From contig CM121342.1 of NCBI GenBank assembly GCA_051530055.1, positions 15,825,480-15,889,479 on the forward strand: a DNA stretch of 64,000 nucleotides, in the 5' to 3' direction. Under the pieces are notes generated by a model. The model was not told the origin of the DNA, did no database searches, and saw only the letters and a list, made by a program, of their open reading frames with translations. Below, piece after piece: positions 1 to 12,870 of the stretch; position 1 is the first letter of the stretch; the number at the start of each line of letters is the position of its first letter. The stretch comes from Neoechinorhynchus agilis (Eukaryota > Animalia > Acanthocephala). The position numbers were made by a program, and so were the translations under genes.

Positions 1-590
1 CATCAAAGTCACACGGTGCAGCATTTTACCATTACGATTCAAAATCTTTTAAAGGTTTAACACTTATTAGAGCTTTTGGGGAATAAAAACCTATATAGAC
101 CGTTCTTTATATAATAAACTGTATTTTATTCCGCAAAGAGATTTGACCATCGCATGACTAAAACGAACGAAGTATATAAACCCCGAAAGTTCCATCAAAA
201 CTAGTAATCATAGAGCCGCAATTGAATAATGAAATTGTATTTATAACCGTATCAGCGAACAGAGTTCTAGAGAAATGATGATGCATGTAATTTTGTAGAT
301 TTATTGTAGTTAAAACCAAATTGCATCAATGAACTTTCAAAAAATATAGCAAATATGCATAGCTTGTATTTCTATTGATTGGAAATAGGAATCGATGAGA
401 AATACTCGCTATACCAAAAACGTAAGCAAATATTAGGAAATGAATTTCTGTCTAGTGATGAAATATCGGCTCAGTTTTAAAGGAACAATCAAACTTATAC
501 ACCAGAATCACTGAAACCACATCAGATAGAGATTTTAAAACTACTAAACTACTCTTATAAACTCACTTTCTACTCTTTTCCCGGCAATAA

Positions 591-710
591 TTTCAGAATA
601 CTATTAAATCTCATTCAGACATCCATATCCTTCTTTCGTGTTGTTTCCTATTTCAGAATACTATTAAATCTCATTCAGACATCCATATCCTTCTTTCGTG
701 TTGTTTCCTA
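591..710. repeat. Perfect 60-bp tandem duplication (2 copies)
   Basis: 591-650 and 651-710 are identical (TTTCAGAATACTATTAAATC...GTTGTTTCCTA). Confidence 0.95.
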
Positions 711-917
711 AGACAAAATCGAACGTTATTCTTTCAGCTTCACGGAATCGTTTCGATTAAAAAAATTGGCTAAACATTAATATTGATATCTGCTTTTTAA
801 ATTGATTCCCCTGTGATTCTGGGAAATAAATCGAAGAGCTTCGATTTAAGTATGAGAAACTGGAAACTGAATGTCGATATCCTTGATTTTTAATTTAATA
901 TTTCAATATCATAGAAA

Positions 918-2217
918 ATGTTCACCTCGCATCATGTGCGGCGTCTATTTTCGTCCAAACCTGCTGTTTTGAAAGCTGCTCTCTGCATATTTCGTCAACG
1001 ATTCGTTGCTCCTCCAATGAATGAAATCGAACGTGATTATCACAACCTTCAACTGCAACTCGAATTGGAAAATAGCTATCTGTCGGACCATGAACTACGA
1101 TTAACCAGGGAAAGGTTTTGTGTGTGATAAAAGCGAAGGAAAATCATGCTTAAAATCTCCATCGTGATTAGAGCTTCATCGGAAAAGGGTGAAAGTTTAG
1201 TGGACGCTAAAACAGAAACCGGCCTTGATTTTGAACATAAGAGGCAATGCAGACTAAATACAATCTTAAGCACTCTAAACAAAGGTTTGTTTTAACTGGA
1301 GATTGCAGTAAAAATTCATATTGTCTAGATAAAAATTCTGACTGTGATAAATGTGATCCCTTACATGCACACTCTTTTCCTGTTGGCTGAATTTTTACAA
1401 ACCAAATAATTACATAGAGTGCGTCACTTGACAAGTGTGCTGGTTGGCTATATTTAAACCAATCACGCTCACATAGCAAAGCGAACTCTTTCATGTACGA
1501 AATTATCGATGTCGATATGTAAGGTACCGGGGTATATGATCAGGATCATTGTTTAGGTCTTCACCCGGTAAATATTTATTTTATTAAGAACGTTTCGACC
1601 CTCGTCGTGTTCATCATCAGTTTGTTCATCTATTAATAACTAACAAACTAATGATGAACCCGACGAGGTTGGAAACGTCTTCAAGAAAAAATTATTTACC
1701 GGGTGTAGACCTAAACAATAATCCTGAAATTATCGATTATAGCTACATACAAGGTGCCCTAAACGAGGAAAAGAGTGGAATAAGGCATTCAACTCGAAAA
1801 TTAATATTAATGGAACGCACAGAGAATTTCTATCGATTGCCTGAAGTTCAGCTTAATTCGGACGAAATGTTCCGCCAGGTACTGTCTGTACGTTTAGCTA
1901 ATCTGTAATTTATTTGTTTTTCATGCTATTGAACGATGGATTGTCGATAATAACAAATCATTCGGACGGGTTCATATGCTCGGTAACTGTCCCGCTGCTG
2001 TAATCAAATCTCCCAATGACGCAGTACTTATTATTTTTACACCTTCTCTTCTAAAAAGGATGCTGTTTAGACTTTTATTTTCAAGGCATTTGTTAACGAT
2101 CCATACGAAATTTTGAAGAAAGACGATTATTGTTGGTTTTGCAAAGATGAACTAAAGATAGAGATGGTGGATAATACAACAAGGGCCATATTATTGGATC
2201 TGTTCATTGACTTGTGA
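918..2217 (+). CDS. MRPL46: Mitochondrial ribosomal protein L46, 5 exons (about 918-1114, 1172-1284, 1754-1878, 1925-2023, 2071-2217)
   Basis: AALC..R..VAPPMNEIE...LELENSYLSDHELR, LPEVQLNSDEMFRQ-AIER, MLGNCP, FIFKA and DYCWFCKDEL match MRPL46 motifs in order. Reading phases are consistent except intron 3 (see findings). Confidence 0.8.
1541..1726. repeat. About 85-bp inverted repeat in MRPL46 intron 2; each arm carries a degenerate Penelope-type minimal hammerhead motif
   Basis: 1541-1626 is the reverse complement of 1642-1726 with a few mismatches. The core reads CTGATGA-T-GAACCC-GACGA-GGNTC-GAAAC-GTC/GTT. Confidence 0.75.
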
Positions 2218-2950
2218 AAATAATTCTCTATGAAGTGAACTACGAATTTCTTAACCTTTGTTTGAGGTGTGCTGAGTAGTTTTTACGACTAAATGTTCAC
2301 ATCAAGCGGCGTTTTTAAAAACTACGAGAAATTTGCGTTATTTATATCGCTATCCAAAAGGGTTCTAAATACATCACGTTAAATAGTCGACGAGTAAACA
2401 TTTATTTATTTCAAATGATTGCCATTTAAACGCGTTATACAAGTTCGACGTTCTCGGAATGCAGATTTGAAGGAAAATCGGTTTCGAATGAACACAGTTT
2501 AATGTGTTATTTGCTGCCTCCAAAAAATCACGTTCAAGATGTAAAGATTCAATGGCCCAGTAATTCGAGTCGTCAAAGCCGTTTCTGCACGGTCACTAGT
2601 TTAAAATATTCTGTCTCCATCGTCTCTGGCCGCCTAAGATTCGAGGATTCGTCAAGGTCTCCCACGCATATTACCGAGATAAGGTCTCGTGATCCCAGAT
2701 CACAATTGTCCATGACAAAACTAGAAGTTGAGACGATGGTGACGGTTGCAGCGGTCGCCAAAGTCCCAGTCTGTTCTCCGCTAATTCTGGATAAACGCTG
2801 AGGACGTTTACAATAGCCCCTTTTGCTTACTAATGTTCAGAGCTCCTGAAAGATCTTTCCAATAACCGTGGCGGAGAAAAGCCCTCGAACTCACAACCGG
2901 CATATTTCTGCAACGCAGTCATCTATTTTAGATTTTCCCATTACGAAAAA

Positions 2951-4716
2951 GTTGGGTTTCTGGATTTCATTACACAAAACGCGGCAATTTAATCGGAATC
3001 CTATGGCGCAACGAAAATCCAGTTTTGTTGGTGGTTACATTTTAGAAAATAAAACAATACTTTAACCCATTAGATTTGGTCCAACATTTGTTCAAGGCAC
3101 AAAAAATGAAGTGCAACTGAGGAAAGAAGATTGTGGGACTTAAAAAGAATATTACCAAACTGATTTAACAATGTTCATTTGTAGACAGAAACTCAGTATT
3201 TACATTTTTGACATTGAATCATTAAAACGAATTTAGAGCATTTTTGAGCGGAGAATGGATTGCTCATTCAATGAAAACGAAACTGCCGTGAATGAGCTAA
3301 TTAAAAAATGAACAGCCTAAAAAAACCTCAAATGTTTTATATTTTGTTAAACGGCATTGAATCGTGCGTTTGACGACATTGAAAGGACGGTAAGCCGGGT
3401 TGGGTTCCTGGATTTCATTACACAAAACGGAACAATTTAATCGGAATCCCATCACGCAACGAAAATCCAGTTTTGTTGGTGGTGACGTTTTAGAAAATAA
3501 AACAATACTTTAACCCATTAGACTTGGTCCAAAATTTGTTCAACGGTACAAAAAATGAAGTGCAACTGAGGAAAGAAGATTGTGGGACTTAAAAAGAATA
3601 TTACCAAACTGATTTAGACAGAAACTCACTATTTACATTTTTGACATTGAATCACTAAAACGAATTTAGAGCATTTTTGAGCGGAGAATGGATTGTTCAT
3701 TCAATGAAAACGAAACTGCCGTGAATGAGCTAATTAAAAAATGAACAGCCTAAAAAAACCTCAAATGTTTTATATTTTGTTAAACGGCATTGAATCGTGC
3801 GTTTGACGACATTGAAAGGACGGTAAGCCGGGTTGGGTTCCTGGATTTCATTACACAAAACGGGGCAATTTAATCGGAATCCCATAACGCAACGAAAATC
3901 CAGTTTTGTTGGTGGTGACGTTTTAGAAAATAAAACAATACTTTAACCCATTGGACTTGGTCCAAAATTTGTTCAACGGTACAAAAAATGAAGTGCAACT
4001 GAGGAAAGAAGATTGTGGGACTTAAAAAGAATATTACCAAACTGATTTAGACAGAAACTCACTATTTACATTTTTGACATTGAATCACTAAAACGAATTT
4101 AGAGCATTTTTGAGCGGAGAATGGATTGTTCATTCAATGCAAACGAAACTGCCGTGAATGAGCTAATTAAAAAATGAACAGCCTAAAAAACCCTCAAATG
4201 TTTTATATTTTGTTAAACGGCATTGAATCGTGCGTTTGACGACATTGAAAGGACGGGAAGCCGGGTTGGATTCCTGGATTTCATTACACAAAACGGGGCA
4301 ATTTAATCGGAATCCTATGGCGCAACGAAAATCCAGTTTTGTTAGTGGTTACATTTTAGAAAATAAAACAATACTTTTACCAATTAGACTTGGTCCAAAA
4401 TTTGTCCGAAGATACAAAAAATGAAGTGCAACTGAGGAAAGAAGATTGTGGGACTTAAAAAGAATATTACTAAACTGATTTAGACAGAAACTCAGTATTT
4501 ACATTTTTGACATTGAATCACTAAAACGAATTTAGAGCATTTTTGAGCGGAGAATGGATTGTTCATTCAATGCAAACGAAACTGCCGTGAATGAGCTAAT
4601 TAAAAAATGAACAGCCTAAAAAACCCTCAACCGTTTTATATTTTGTTAAGCGGCATTGAATCGTGTGTTTGATGACATTGAAAGGATGGGAAGCCGGGTT
4701 GGGTTCCTGGATTTCC
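2951..4716. repeat. Tandem array of about 430-450-bp units (about 4 copies)
   Basis: GTTGGGTT(C/T)CTGGATTTCATTACACAAAAC recurs near 2951, 3400, 3832, 4264 and partially at 4699, and the units are highly similar. Confidence 0.92.
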
Positions 4717-5643
4717 TCTGCCTCTACAGCGGTTTTTCAAATGCTTCATGTTTTCGAAGTGACGTAACGTTTTGAACAAATTCAAGACCGTTGTACTGAT
4801 TTCGTCTTATCCCGTTTTTATTTATTAGATACTGAATTTGAAACTCAATTATGCGCTTTTTTACACGCGCAATGCCGCAACTGATTATAAAATTATTTCA
4901 AATAAACTAGATTTGAATGATAAATAAAATCGACTATTGTTTGTTGAAAAGTTCGTAGCGATTTGGAGGGCGTGTTTGTGTCCTTCAAAAATTCGATTAT
5001 ATTCTCGCGAGCTTTCGTATGGCTGGAGTTGTTTGAAAAATTTAGAGTGTGAAAAATAGGGCAGTATGTTGCTAATTAAATAAAATTTCTTTTTGTTTAT
5101 TTTGATATAGGCGCATTTTTCATTGTCTCATTGTGCGTCATTGTGGGTTGTAATAGACCACCAATGGGTACGAATCCACAACGAGTTTTATTGTGAATGA
5201 AACGAAATTTGCCTAACATTGTCTTGGTCATTCAAAACAAAATCACATTTTTCAGTAGGCCACAACATAATTGATGGTTGGAAGTGAAGATCGAATTACG
5301 ATTGTTGGAGTAAAAATTAAGAGATAAGATAAATTTATGTGATCAATGAGATAAATTCACTAACATCTTTTGTGAACTCGTACTCAAAGGTGAGTATGAA
5401 TGTTCGTTTTCATTGTCAAGCATTTGGATTTCCAGAATTCAAGACGAATTAATTTTGTTTGAAAAACGTAGAGACAAAATTAACGTTATATTATGCGGCA
5501 CATGTCACAATTCATGTCCTAAATCTCTATCTGATTACAAACTATCTCTCCTCTTGTTTACCGTTCCAGACGATCAGCAGCAGTACTACAGATTCCATTT
5601 GATTAGTTGCCAGTCTAGAGAAACCGTTTTCTGTGCACTCCCG

Positions 5644-6957
5644 ATGAATACGACTCCTTCAAATCTAAAGATGAATGGACCTACAACGAATGATCAACTC
5701 AAACGATACGCTAAAATCGCGTTAGTTGTCGCCTTGTACTGGTTTGATTCTGGCACCGTCGAGCGAAACAAATTTAAATGAATCTAAACAGGTTTACGTC
5801 AATTGGAATGGTTTTTGTGAACAAATATTTGCTCACTGATTACGATAGTGTAAGTCTTTAAAGTATTTTTGAGCAACTACATTAAGGAACGTTCGTTAGA
5901 TTCCAGAAGCACCTCTTTTTATAACTTGGTTCCAATGCGCACTCAGCGTCCTATTCTGTTATCTCATTCAATTCCTAATCAAACTGAACTCATCCAGATA
6001 TTTTAATTCAATTACGCCGATTTCTTTTGACATTTCCACAAGTCTAAACGTCCTCCCAGTTTCCGTGTTCTTTGTCGCCATGATGTCCTTCAATAATCTT
6101 ACACTCAAACACATGAGTGTTTCTTTTTACATGGTCGGTCGATCTCTAACAACCGTGTTCAATGTGGTAAGTTATCACCTGAGAGATATTGAGAGTATGC
6201 GTAACGAAATTAATAGGTTTTATCATATCTAATCCTAAAAAGCAAAATTTCCAGAAAGACGTTGTTGGCTTGTGCGATCGTCATAAGCGGATTCTTTATT
6301 GGGATCGATCAGGAAAGTCTCTTAGGTTAGTCAGATAGTTTCAGTGCACTCAAAAAAAACCGTCCAAGGTACATTGACCCGTACTGCTGTGGTATGCGGC
6401 GTTATTTCGTCTGCATGCGTTGCACTCAATGCAATTTACACTAAAAAAGTCTTGGTAGTTGTTGAAGGAAGTGTATGGCGATTCACATATTTTAACAACC
6501 TCAATGCGACGTTTCTTTTCCTACCTCTAATCATATTCAACGGAGAGCTTAAATTGGTGACCGAAGTGTTACCAATACTTTACGTCTCTCACTTCTGGCT
6601 GCCGATGGTGGTCGCAGCATTTTTGGGATTTTGCATGAGTTTCGTAACAGGACTTCAAATCACAGTTACTTCACCTTTAACTCATAATATCAGTGGTACT
6701 GCTAAAGCTTACGCTCAGACATTCAAGCTGAAATCTTAATCGTCGTCAGTATTGAGATTTCTGCACTATTGGCCGTTATAGCTTATCGAGAAAGTAAAAC
6801 TTTTCTTTGGTGGACCAGCAACCTTCTTGTTCTGGGTGGATCTGCCTATTATACTCATGTAAAGCGACGGGAGATGGAAAAGGAGCAAGCTGGAATAGGA
6901 GGTGATGTTGAAGTTATTGTTAATGAAATTGATGATGACAAGAGTCAAAAACCATAA
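5644..6957 (+). CDS. SLC35C1: GDP-fucose transporter, multi-exon
   Basis: IALVVALYW|[69 protein letters not shown] and [14 protein letters not shown] are present. The start is ATG 5644 or 5671. Confidence 0.92.
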
Positions 6958-7125
6958 ATGAGTAGGAGCTTTTACTGGAGTTTTATACCACTAAGAAAAA
7001 TTCATTTTTCGACTTCTATGAAGGTGCAGATTTTGTAATATTCTCAAAGTAAGTTTGCGCTTTTTGCGCGTTTATCTCTTGGTTTTCGTCCGTCAGATGA
7101 GGATATTAATTCAATATTTGTTAAC

Positions 7126-10100
7126 AGAGATTAGCAATTCCGATTTTCTGAGAACGAGAAATGTGCACGTTCATTGGTACTGATTTAGTGAATTAAAGAG
7201 AACACAAAATGAGTACAAAGACAAGTGCGCGTGTTCTTATGTCGAATTCCGATTTCCTTTCTGAGAACGAGAAATGTGCACGTTCATTGGTACTCGATTT
7301 AGTGAATTAAAGAGAACACAAAATGAGTACAAAGACAAGTGCGCGTGTTCTTATCTCGAATTCCGATTTCCTTTCTGAGAACGAGAAATGTGCACGTTCA
7401 TTCGTACTCGATTTAGTGAATTAAAGAGAACACAAAATGAGTACAAAGACAAGTGCGCGTGTTCTTATGTCGAATTCCGATTTCCTTTCTGAGAACGAGA
7501 AATGTGCACGTTCATTGGTACTCGATTTAGTGAATTAAAGAGAACACAAAATGAGTACAAAGCAAGTGCGCGTGTTCTTATGTCGAATTCCGATTTCCTT
7601 TCTGAGAACGAGAAATGTGCACGTTCATTGGTACTCGATTTAGTGAATTAAAGAGAACACAAAATGAGTACAAAGACAAGTGCGCGTGTTCTTATCTAGA
7701 ATTCCGATTTCCTTTCTGAGAACGAGAAATGTGCACGTTCATTGGTACTCGATTTAGTGAATTAAAGAGAAGACAAAATGAATAAAAAGCAAGCGCGCGT
7801 GTTCTTATGTCGAATTCCGATTTCCTTTCTGAGAACGAGAAATGTGCACGTTCATTGGTACTCGATTTAGTGAATTAAAGAGAACACAAAATGAGTACAA
7901 AGACAAGTGCGCGTGTTCTTATGTCGAATTCCGATTTCCTTTCTGAGAACGAGAAATGTGCACGTTCATTCGTACTCGATTTAGTGAATTAAAGAGAAGA
8001 CAAAATGAGTACAAAGACAAGTGCGCGTGTTCTTATGTCGAATTCCGATTTCCTTTCTGAGAACGAGAAATGTGCACGTTCATTCGTACTCGATTTAGTG
8101 AATTAAAGAGAACACAAAATGAGTACAAAGACAAGTGCGCGTGTTCTTATGTCGAATTCCGATTTCCTTTCTGAGAACGAGAAATGTGCACGTTCATTGG
8201 TACTCGATTTAGTGAATTAAAGAGAAGACAAAATGAGTAAAAAGCAAGTGCGCGTGTTCTTATCTAGAATTCCGATTTCCTTTCTGAGAACGAGAAATGT
8301 GCACGTTCATTGGTACTCGATTTAGTGAATTAAAGAGAAGACAAAATGAATAAAAAGCAAGCGCGCGTGTTCTTATGTCGAATTCCGATTTCCTTTCTGA
8401 GAACGAGAAATGTGCACGTTCATTGGTACTCGATTTAGTGAATTAAAGAGAACACAAAATGAGTACAAAGACAAGTGCGCGTGTTCTTATGTCGAATTCC
8501 GATTTCCTTTCTGAGAACGAGAAATGTGCACGTTCATTGGTACTCGATTTAGTGAATTAAAGAGAAGACAAAATGAGTAAAAAGCAAGCGCGCTGTGTTC
8601 TTATGTAGAATTCCGATTTTCTGAGAACGAGAAATGTGCACGTTCATTGGTACTCGATTTAGTGAATTAAAGAGAAGACAAAATGAATAAAAAGCAAGCG
8701 CGCGTGTTCTTATGTAGAATTCCGATTTCCTTTCTGAGAACGAGAATGTGCACGTTCATTGTACTCGATTTAGTATTAAAGAGAACACAAAATGAGTACA
8801 AAGACAAGTGCGCGTGTTCTTATGTCGAATTCCGATTTCCTTTCTGAGAACGAGAAATGTGCACGTTCATTCGTACTCGATTTAGTGAATTAAAGAGAAC
8901 ACAAAATGAGTACAAAGACAAGTGCGCGTGTTCTTATGTCGAATTCCGATTTCCTTTCTGAGAACGAGAAATGTGCACGTTCATTGGTACTCGATTTAGT
9001 GAATTAAAGAGAAGACAAAATGAATAAAAAGCAAGCGCGCGTGTGTTCTTATGTCGAATTCCGATTTCCTTTCTGAGAACGAGAAATGTGCACGTTCATT
9101 GGTACTCGATTTAGTGAATTAAAGAGAACACAAAATGAGTACAAAGACAAGTGCGCGTGTTCTTATGTCGAATTCCGATTTCCTTTCTGAGAACGAGAAA
9201 TGTGCACGTTCATTGGTACTCGATTTAGTGAATTAAAGAGAAGACAAAATGAGTAAAAAGCAAGTGCGCGTGTTCTTATGTCGAATTCCGATTTCCTTTC
9301 TGAGAACGAGAAATGTGCACGTTCATTGGTACTCGATTTAGTGAATTAAAGAGAAGACAAAATGAATAAAAAGCAAGCGCGCGGTGTTCTTATATAGAAT
9401 TCCGATTTCCTTTCTGAGAACGAGAAATGTGCACGTTCATTGGTACTGATTTAGTGAATTAAAGAGAACACAAAATGAGTACAAAGCAAGTGCGCGTGTT
9501 CTTATGTCGAATTCCGATTTCCTTTCTGAGAACGAGAAATGTGCACGTTCATTGGTACTCGATTTAGTGAATTAAAGAGAAGACAAAATGAGTAAAAAGC
9601 AAGTGCGCGTGTTCTTATGTAGAATTCCGATTTCCTTTCTGAGAACGAGAAATGTGCACGTTCATTGGTACTCGATTTAGTGAATTAAAGAGAAGACAAA
9701 ATGAGTACAAAGACAAGTGCGCGTGTTCTTATGTCGAATTCCGATTTCCTTTCTGAGAACGAGAAATGTGCACGTTCATTGGTACTCGATTTAGTTAATT
9801 AAAGAGAACACAAAATGAGTACAAAGACAAGTGCGCGTGTTCTTATGTCGAATTCCGATTTCCTTTCTGAGAACGAGAAATGTGCACGTTCATTGGTACT
9901 CGATTTAGTGAATTAAAGAGAAGACAAAATGAGTAAAAAGACGCGCGCGTGTTCTTATGTCGAATTCCGATTTCCTTTCTGAGAACGAGAAATGTGCACG
10001 TTCATTGGTACTCGATTTAGTGAATTAAAGAGAAGACAAAATGAATAAAAAGCAAGCGCGCGTGTTCTTATATAGAATTCCGATTTCCTTTCTGAGAACG

Positions 10101-11480
10101 AGAAATGTGCACGTTCATTGGTACTCGATTTAGTGAATTAAAGAGAACACAAAATGAGTACAAAGACAAGTGCGCGTGTTCTTATGTCGAATTCCGATTT
10201 CCTTTCTGAGAACGAGAAATGTGCACGTTCATTGGTACTCGATTTAGTGAATTAAAGAGAAGACAAAATGAATAAAAAGCAAGCGCGTGTGTTCTTATAT
10301 AGAATTCCGATTTCCTTTCTGAGAACGAGAAATGTGCACGTTCATTGGTACTCGATTTAGTGAATTAAAGAGAAGACAAAATGAATACAAAGACAAGTGC
10401 GCGTGTTCTTATGTCGAATTCCGATTTCCTTTCTGAGAACGAGAAATGTGCACGTTCATTCGTACTCGATTTAGTGAATTAAAGAGAACACAAAATGAGT
10501 ACAAAGACAAGTGCGCGTGTTCTTATGTCGAATTCCGATTTCCTTTCTGAGAACGAGAAATGTGCACGTTCATTCGTACTCGATTTAGTGAATTAAAGAG
10601 AACACAAAATGAGTACAAAGACAAGTGCGCGTGTTCTTATGTCGAATTCCGATTTCCTTTCTGAGAACGAGAAATGTGCACGTTCATTGGTACTCGATTT
10701 AGTGAATTAAAGAGAACACAAAATGAGTACAAAGACAAGTGCGCGTGTTCTTATGTCGAATTCCGATTTCCTTTCTGAGAACGAGAAATGTGCACGTTCA
10801 TTGGTACTCGATTTAGTGAATTAAAGAGAAGACAAAATGAGTACAAAGACAAGTGCGCGTGTTCTTATGTCGAATTCCGATTTCCTTTCTGGAACGAGAA
10901 ATGTGCACGTTCATTCGTACTCGATTTAGTGAATTAAAGAGAACACAAAATGAGTACAAAGACAAGTGCGCGTGTTCTTATGTAAATTCCGATTTCCTTT
11001 CTGAGAACGAGAAATGTGCACGTTCATTGGTACTCGATTTAGTGAATTAAAGAGAACACAAAATGAGTACAAAGACAAGTGCGCGTGTTCTTATGTCGAA
11101 TTCCGATTTCCTTTCTGAGAACGAGAAATGTGCACGTTCATTCGTACTCGATTTAGTGAATTAAAGAGAAGACAAAATGAGTACAAAGACAAGTGCGCGT
11201 GTTCTTATGTCGAATTCCGATTTCCTTTCTGAGAACGAGAAATGTGCACGTTCATTCGTACTCGATTTAGTGAATTAAAGAGAACACAAAATGAGTACAA
11301 AGACAAGTGCGCGTGTTCTTATGTCGAATTCCGATTTCCTTTCTTGGAACGAGAAATGTGCACGTTCATTGGTACTCGATTTAGTGAATTAAAGAGAAGA
11401 CAAAATGAGTAAAAAGACAAGTGCGCGTGTTCTTATCTAGAATTCCGATTTGCTTTCTGAGATCCGGAAATGTGCACGTC
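7126..11480. repeat. 114-bp satellite array (about 38 monomers)
   Basis: GAATTCCGATTTCC recurs at 7244, 7358, 7472 and onward, giving a 114-bp period. Monomers are degenerate at both ends. Confidence 0.97.
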
Positions 11481-12870
11481 GGTTGACCATGGATCTTTTA
11501 GAGATTTTTTTATCTATTCATTGCCTTGTAATTAATTCTATTCAAAAAATGATACGAGCGATTCTCATTACTACAATGCGCGATACTTCAGTAATGGAAT
11601 GTGAGTTGAGTTTAAAGGTTTTCGTAATCAGATTTCTTCATTATTGCGCGTACAAACTTGAGCACCTTGATAATGTCGGTATTATCCGACGAAATATCGG
11701 AAGTAAATTTTGGTGGAAAAACTTCCAAAAGAAAGTATAAATGGTTTATTTAATGACAATGTATTGATTTGTCTTTAATTATATTCAAGAACGTGATTTG
11801 ATCTGCATCAGAAATAATGTAACAAAAACGCTTAGTTAAACTACGATCAATTATCACAACTATAATTCGCGATACTTAGGTAAGTGAACGTAAGCATAGT
11901 TTAAAGATTTTTGTAATCGGACTTCTTTATTATTGCCGTTACAGACTAACTTTTGATGGACTGAAATACATTGACTTTCTTTAATTCGATTGAAAAACCG
12001 AGATTTTATCGGCATACGGAGTAAAGTTACAAAAATCGCTTTTTTAAATTACAATCGATTCTGACAAATACCTAATGACTATAATTTGATAATTGAACGT
12101 TGAAAACATTTCTTGCTTAAGTTTCTTCAATGTGACTATATTTTTTTCGATCAAAGATTTGTGCGAATTAGCGAAGACGTCACGTCTTTCCGTCATACAG
12201 CGCCGCAAATTACCTCATAAATTTCGTCAGTGCTACCCGGCAGCATGTATCAGAAAGTGGTGGATTCGCTAGACCTTAATTGGTTCCCTTTCCGTGTTTC
12301 CCTGGAAGCTCTTGCGCGTGTCCTAACGCGGCGACGTACGCGCAAAGTTTATGCAGTTGCCTTGTACTGGACGCGACTCTGTTTAACGCATAAATGGAAG
12401 GCATTAAATTTGCGATCAGTTGCTTCCCGATCACGTTACCATCTCCACGTGTTATGCCTATGGAATTGTTCGTTCACATGACGAATTTGTTGCACTACTT
12501 TTATTTTACCATTACTTATTAGCTTCATTCTTTGATTCTGACCGTATATATTTCGATAAGCTGGAAGTGCGTTTAAGAGTGCGAGTTAACCTAGATTTTT
12601 ATGTTTTCAAAAAACGCTTTTTTATATCCTTGTTCTTATCGCATCTTCGAAAAAAATTGAAGGACGTTTCAGCGTACAAATGTTTGACGCTCTCACGAAG
12701 TTTCATATTACAAGTGCATTTCTTATTTCTAGAGTACATGCATGCTCTAGTGACGAAATTAGGGAGTTTGTCGAAATGTTCAAAACAAATTCTTTATCCT
12801 TATTTTATACTTAATCAGCGATTTGCTCTCTGTTATTTAAAAAAGATTTAACTACTTTTTACAGATCGAA

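Noticed and set aside
2502-2870. Slightly GC-richer block with PBS-like TGGCGACCGCTGC on the minus strand and short ORFs
   Set aside because: There is no adjacent LTR ending in CA, no second copy and no recognisable gag motif.
5130-5190. tRNA-like or SINE-like motif (TTGTGCGTCATTG and GGGTACGAATCC)
   Set aside because: Only a 12-nt match to the dispersed element, and no cloverleaf or A box.
7126-11480. CRISPR-like array, or a polycistron of 33-aa peptides (each monomer has ATG...TAA: MSTKTSARVLMSNSDFLSENEKCARSLVLDLVN)
   Set aside because: There are no unique spacers and no cas genes. Frequent 1-nt deletion variants break the small ORF, and one short ORF per 114 bp is plausible by chance.
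11450-12851. ORFs at 11450-11740, 12230-12481 and 12420-12851
   Set aside because: These have alternative starts, AT-rich intergenic composition and no motifs; one derives from the decayed satellite edge.
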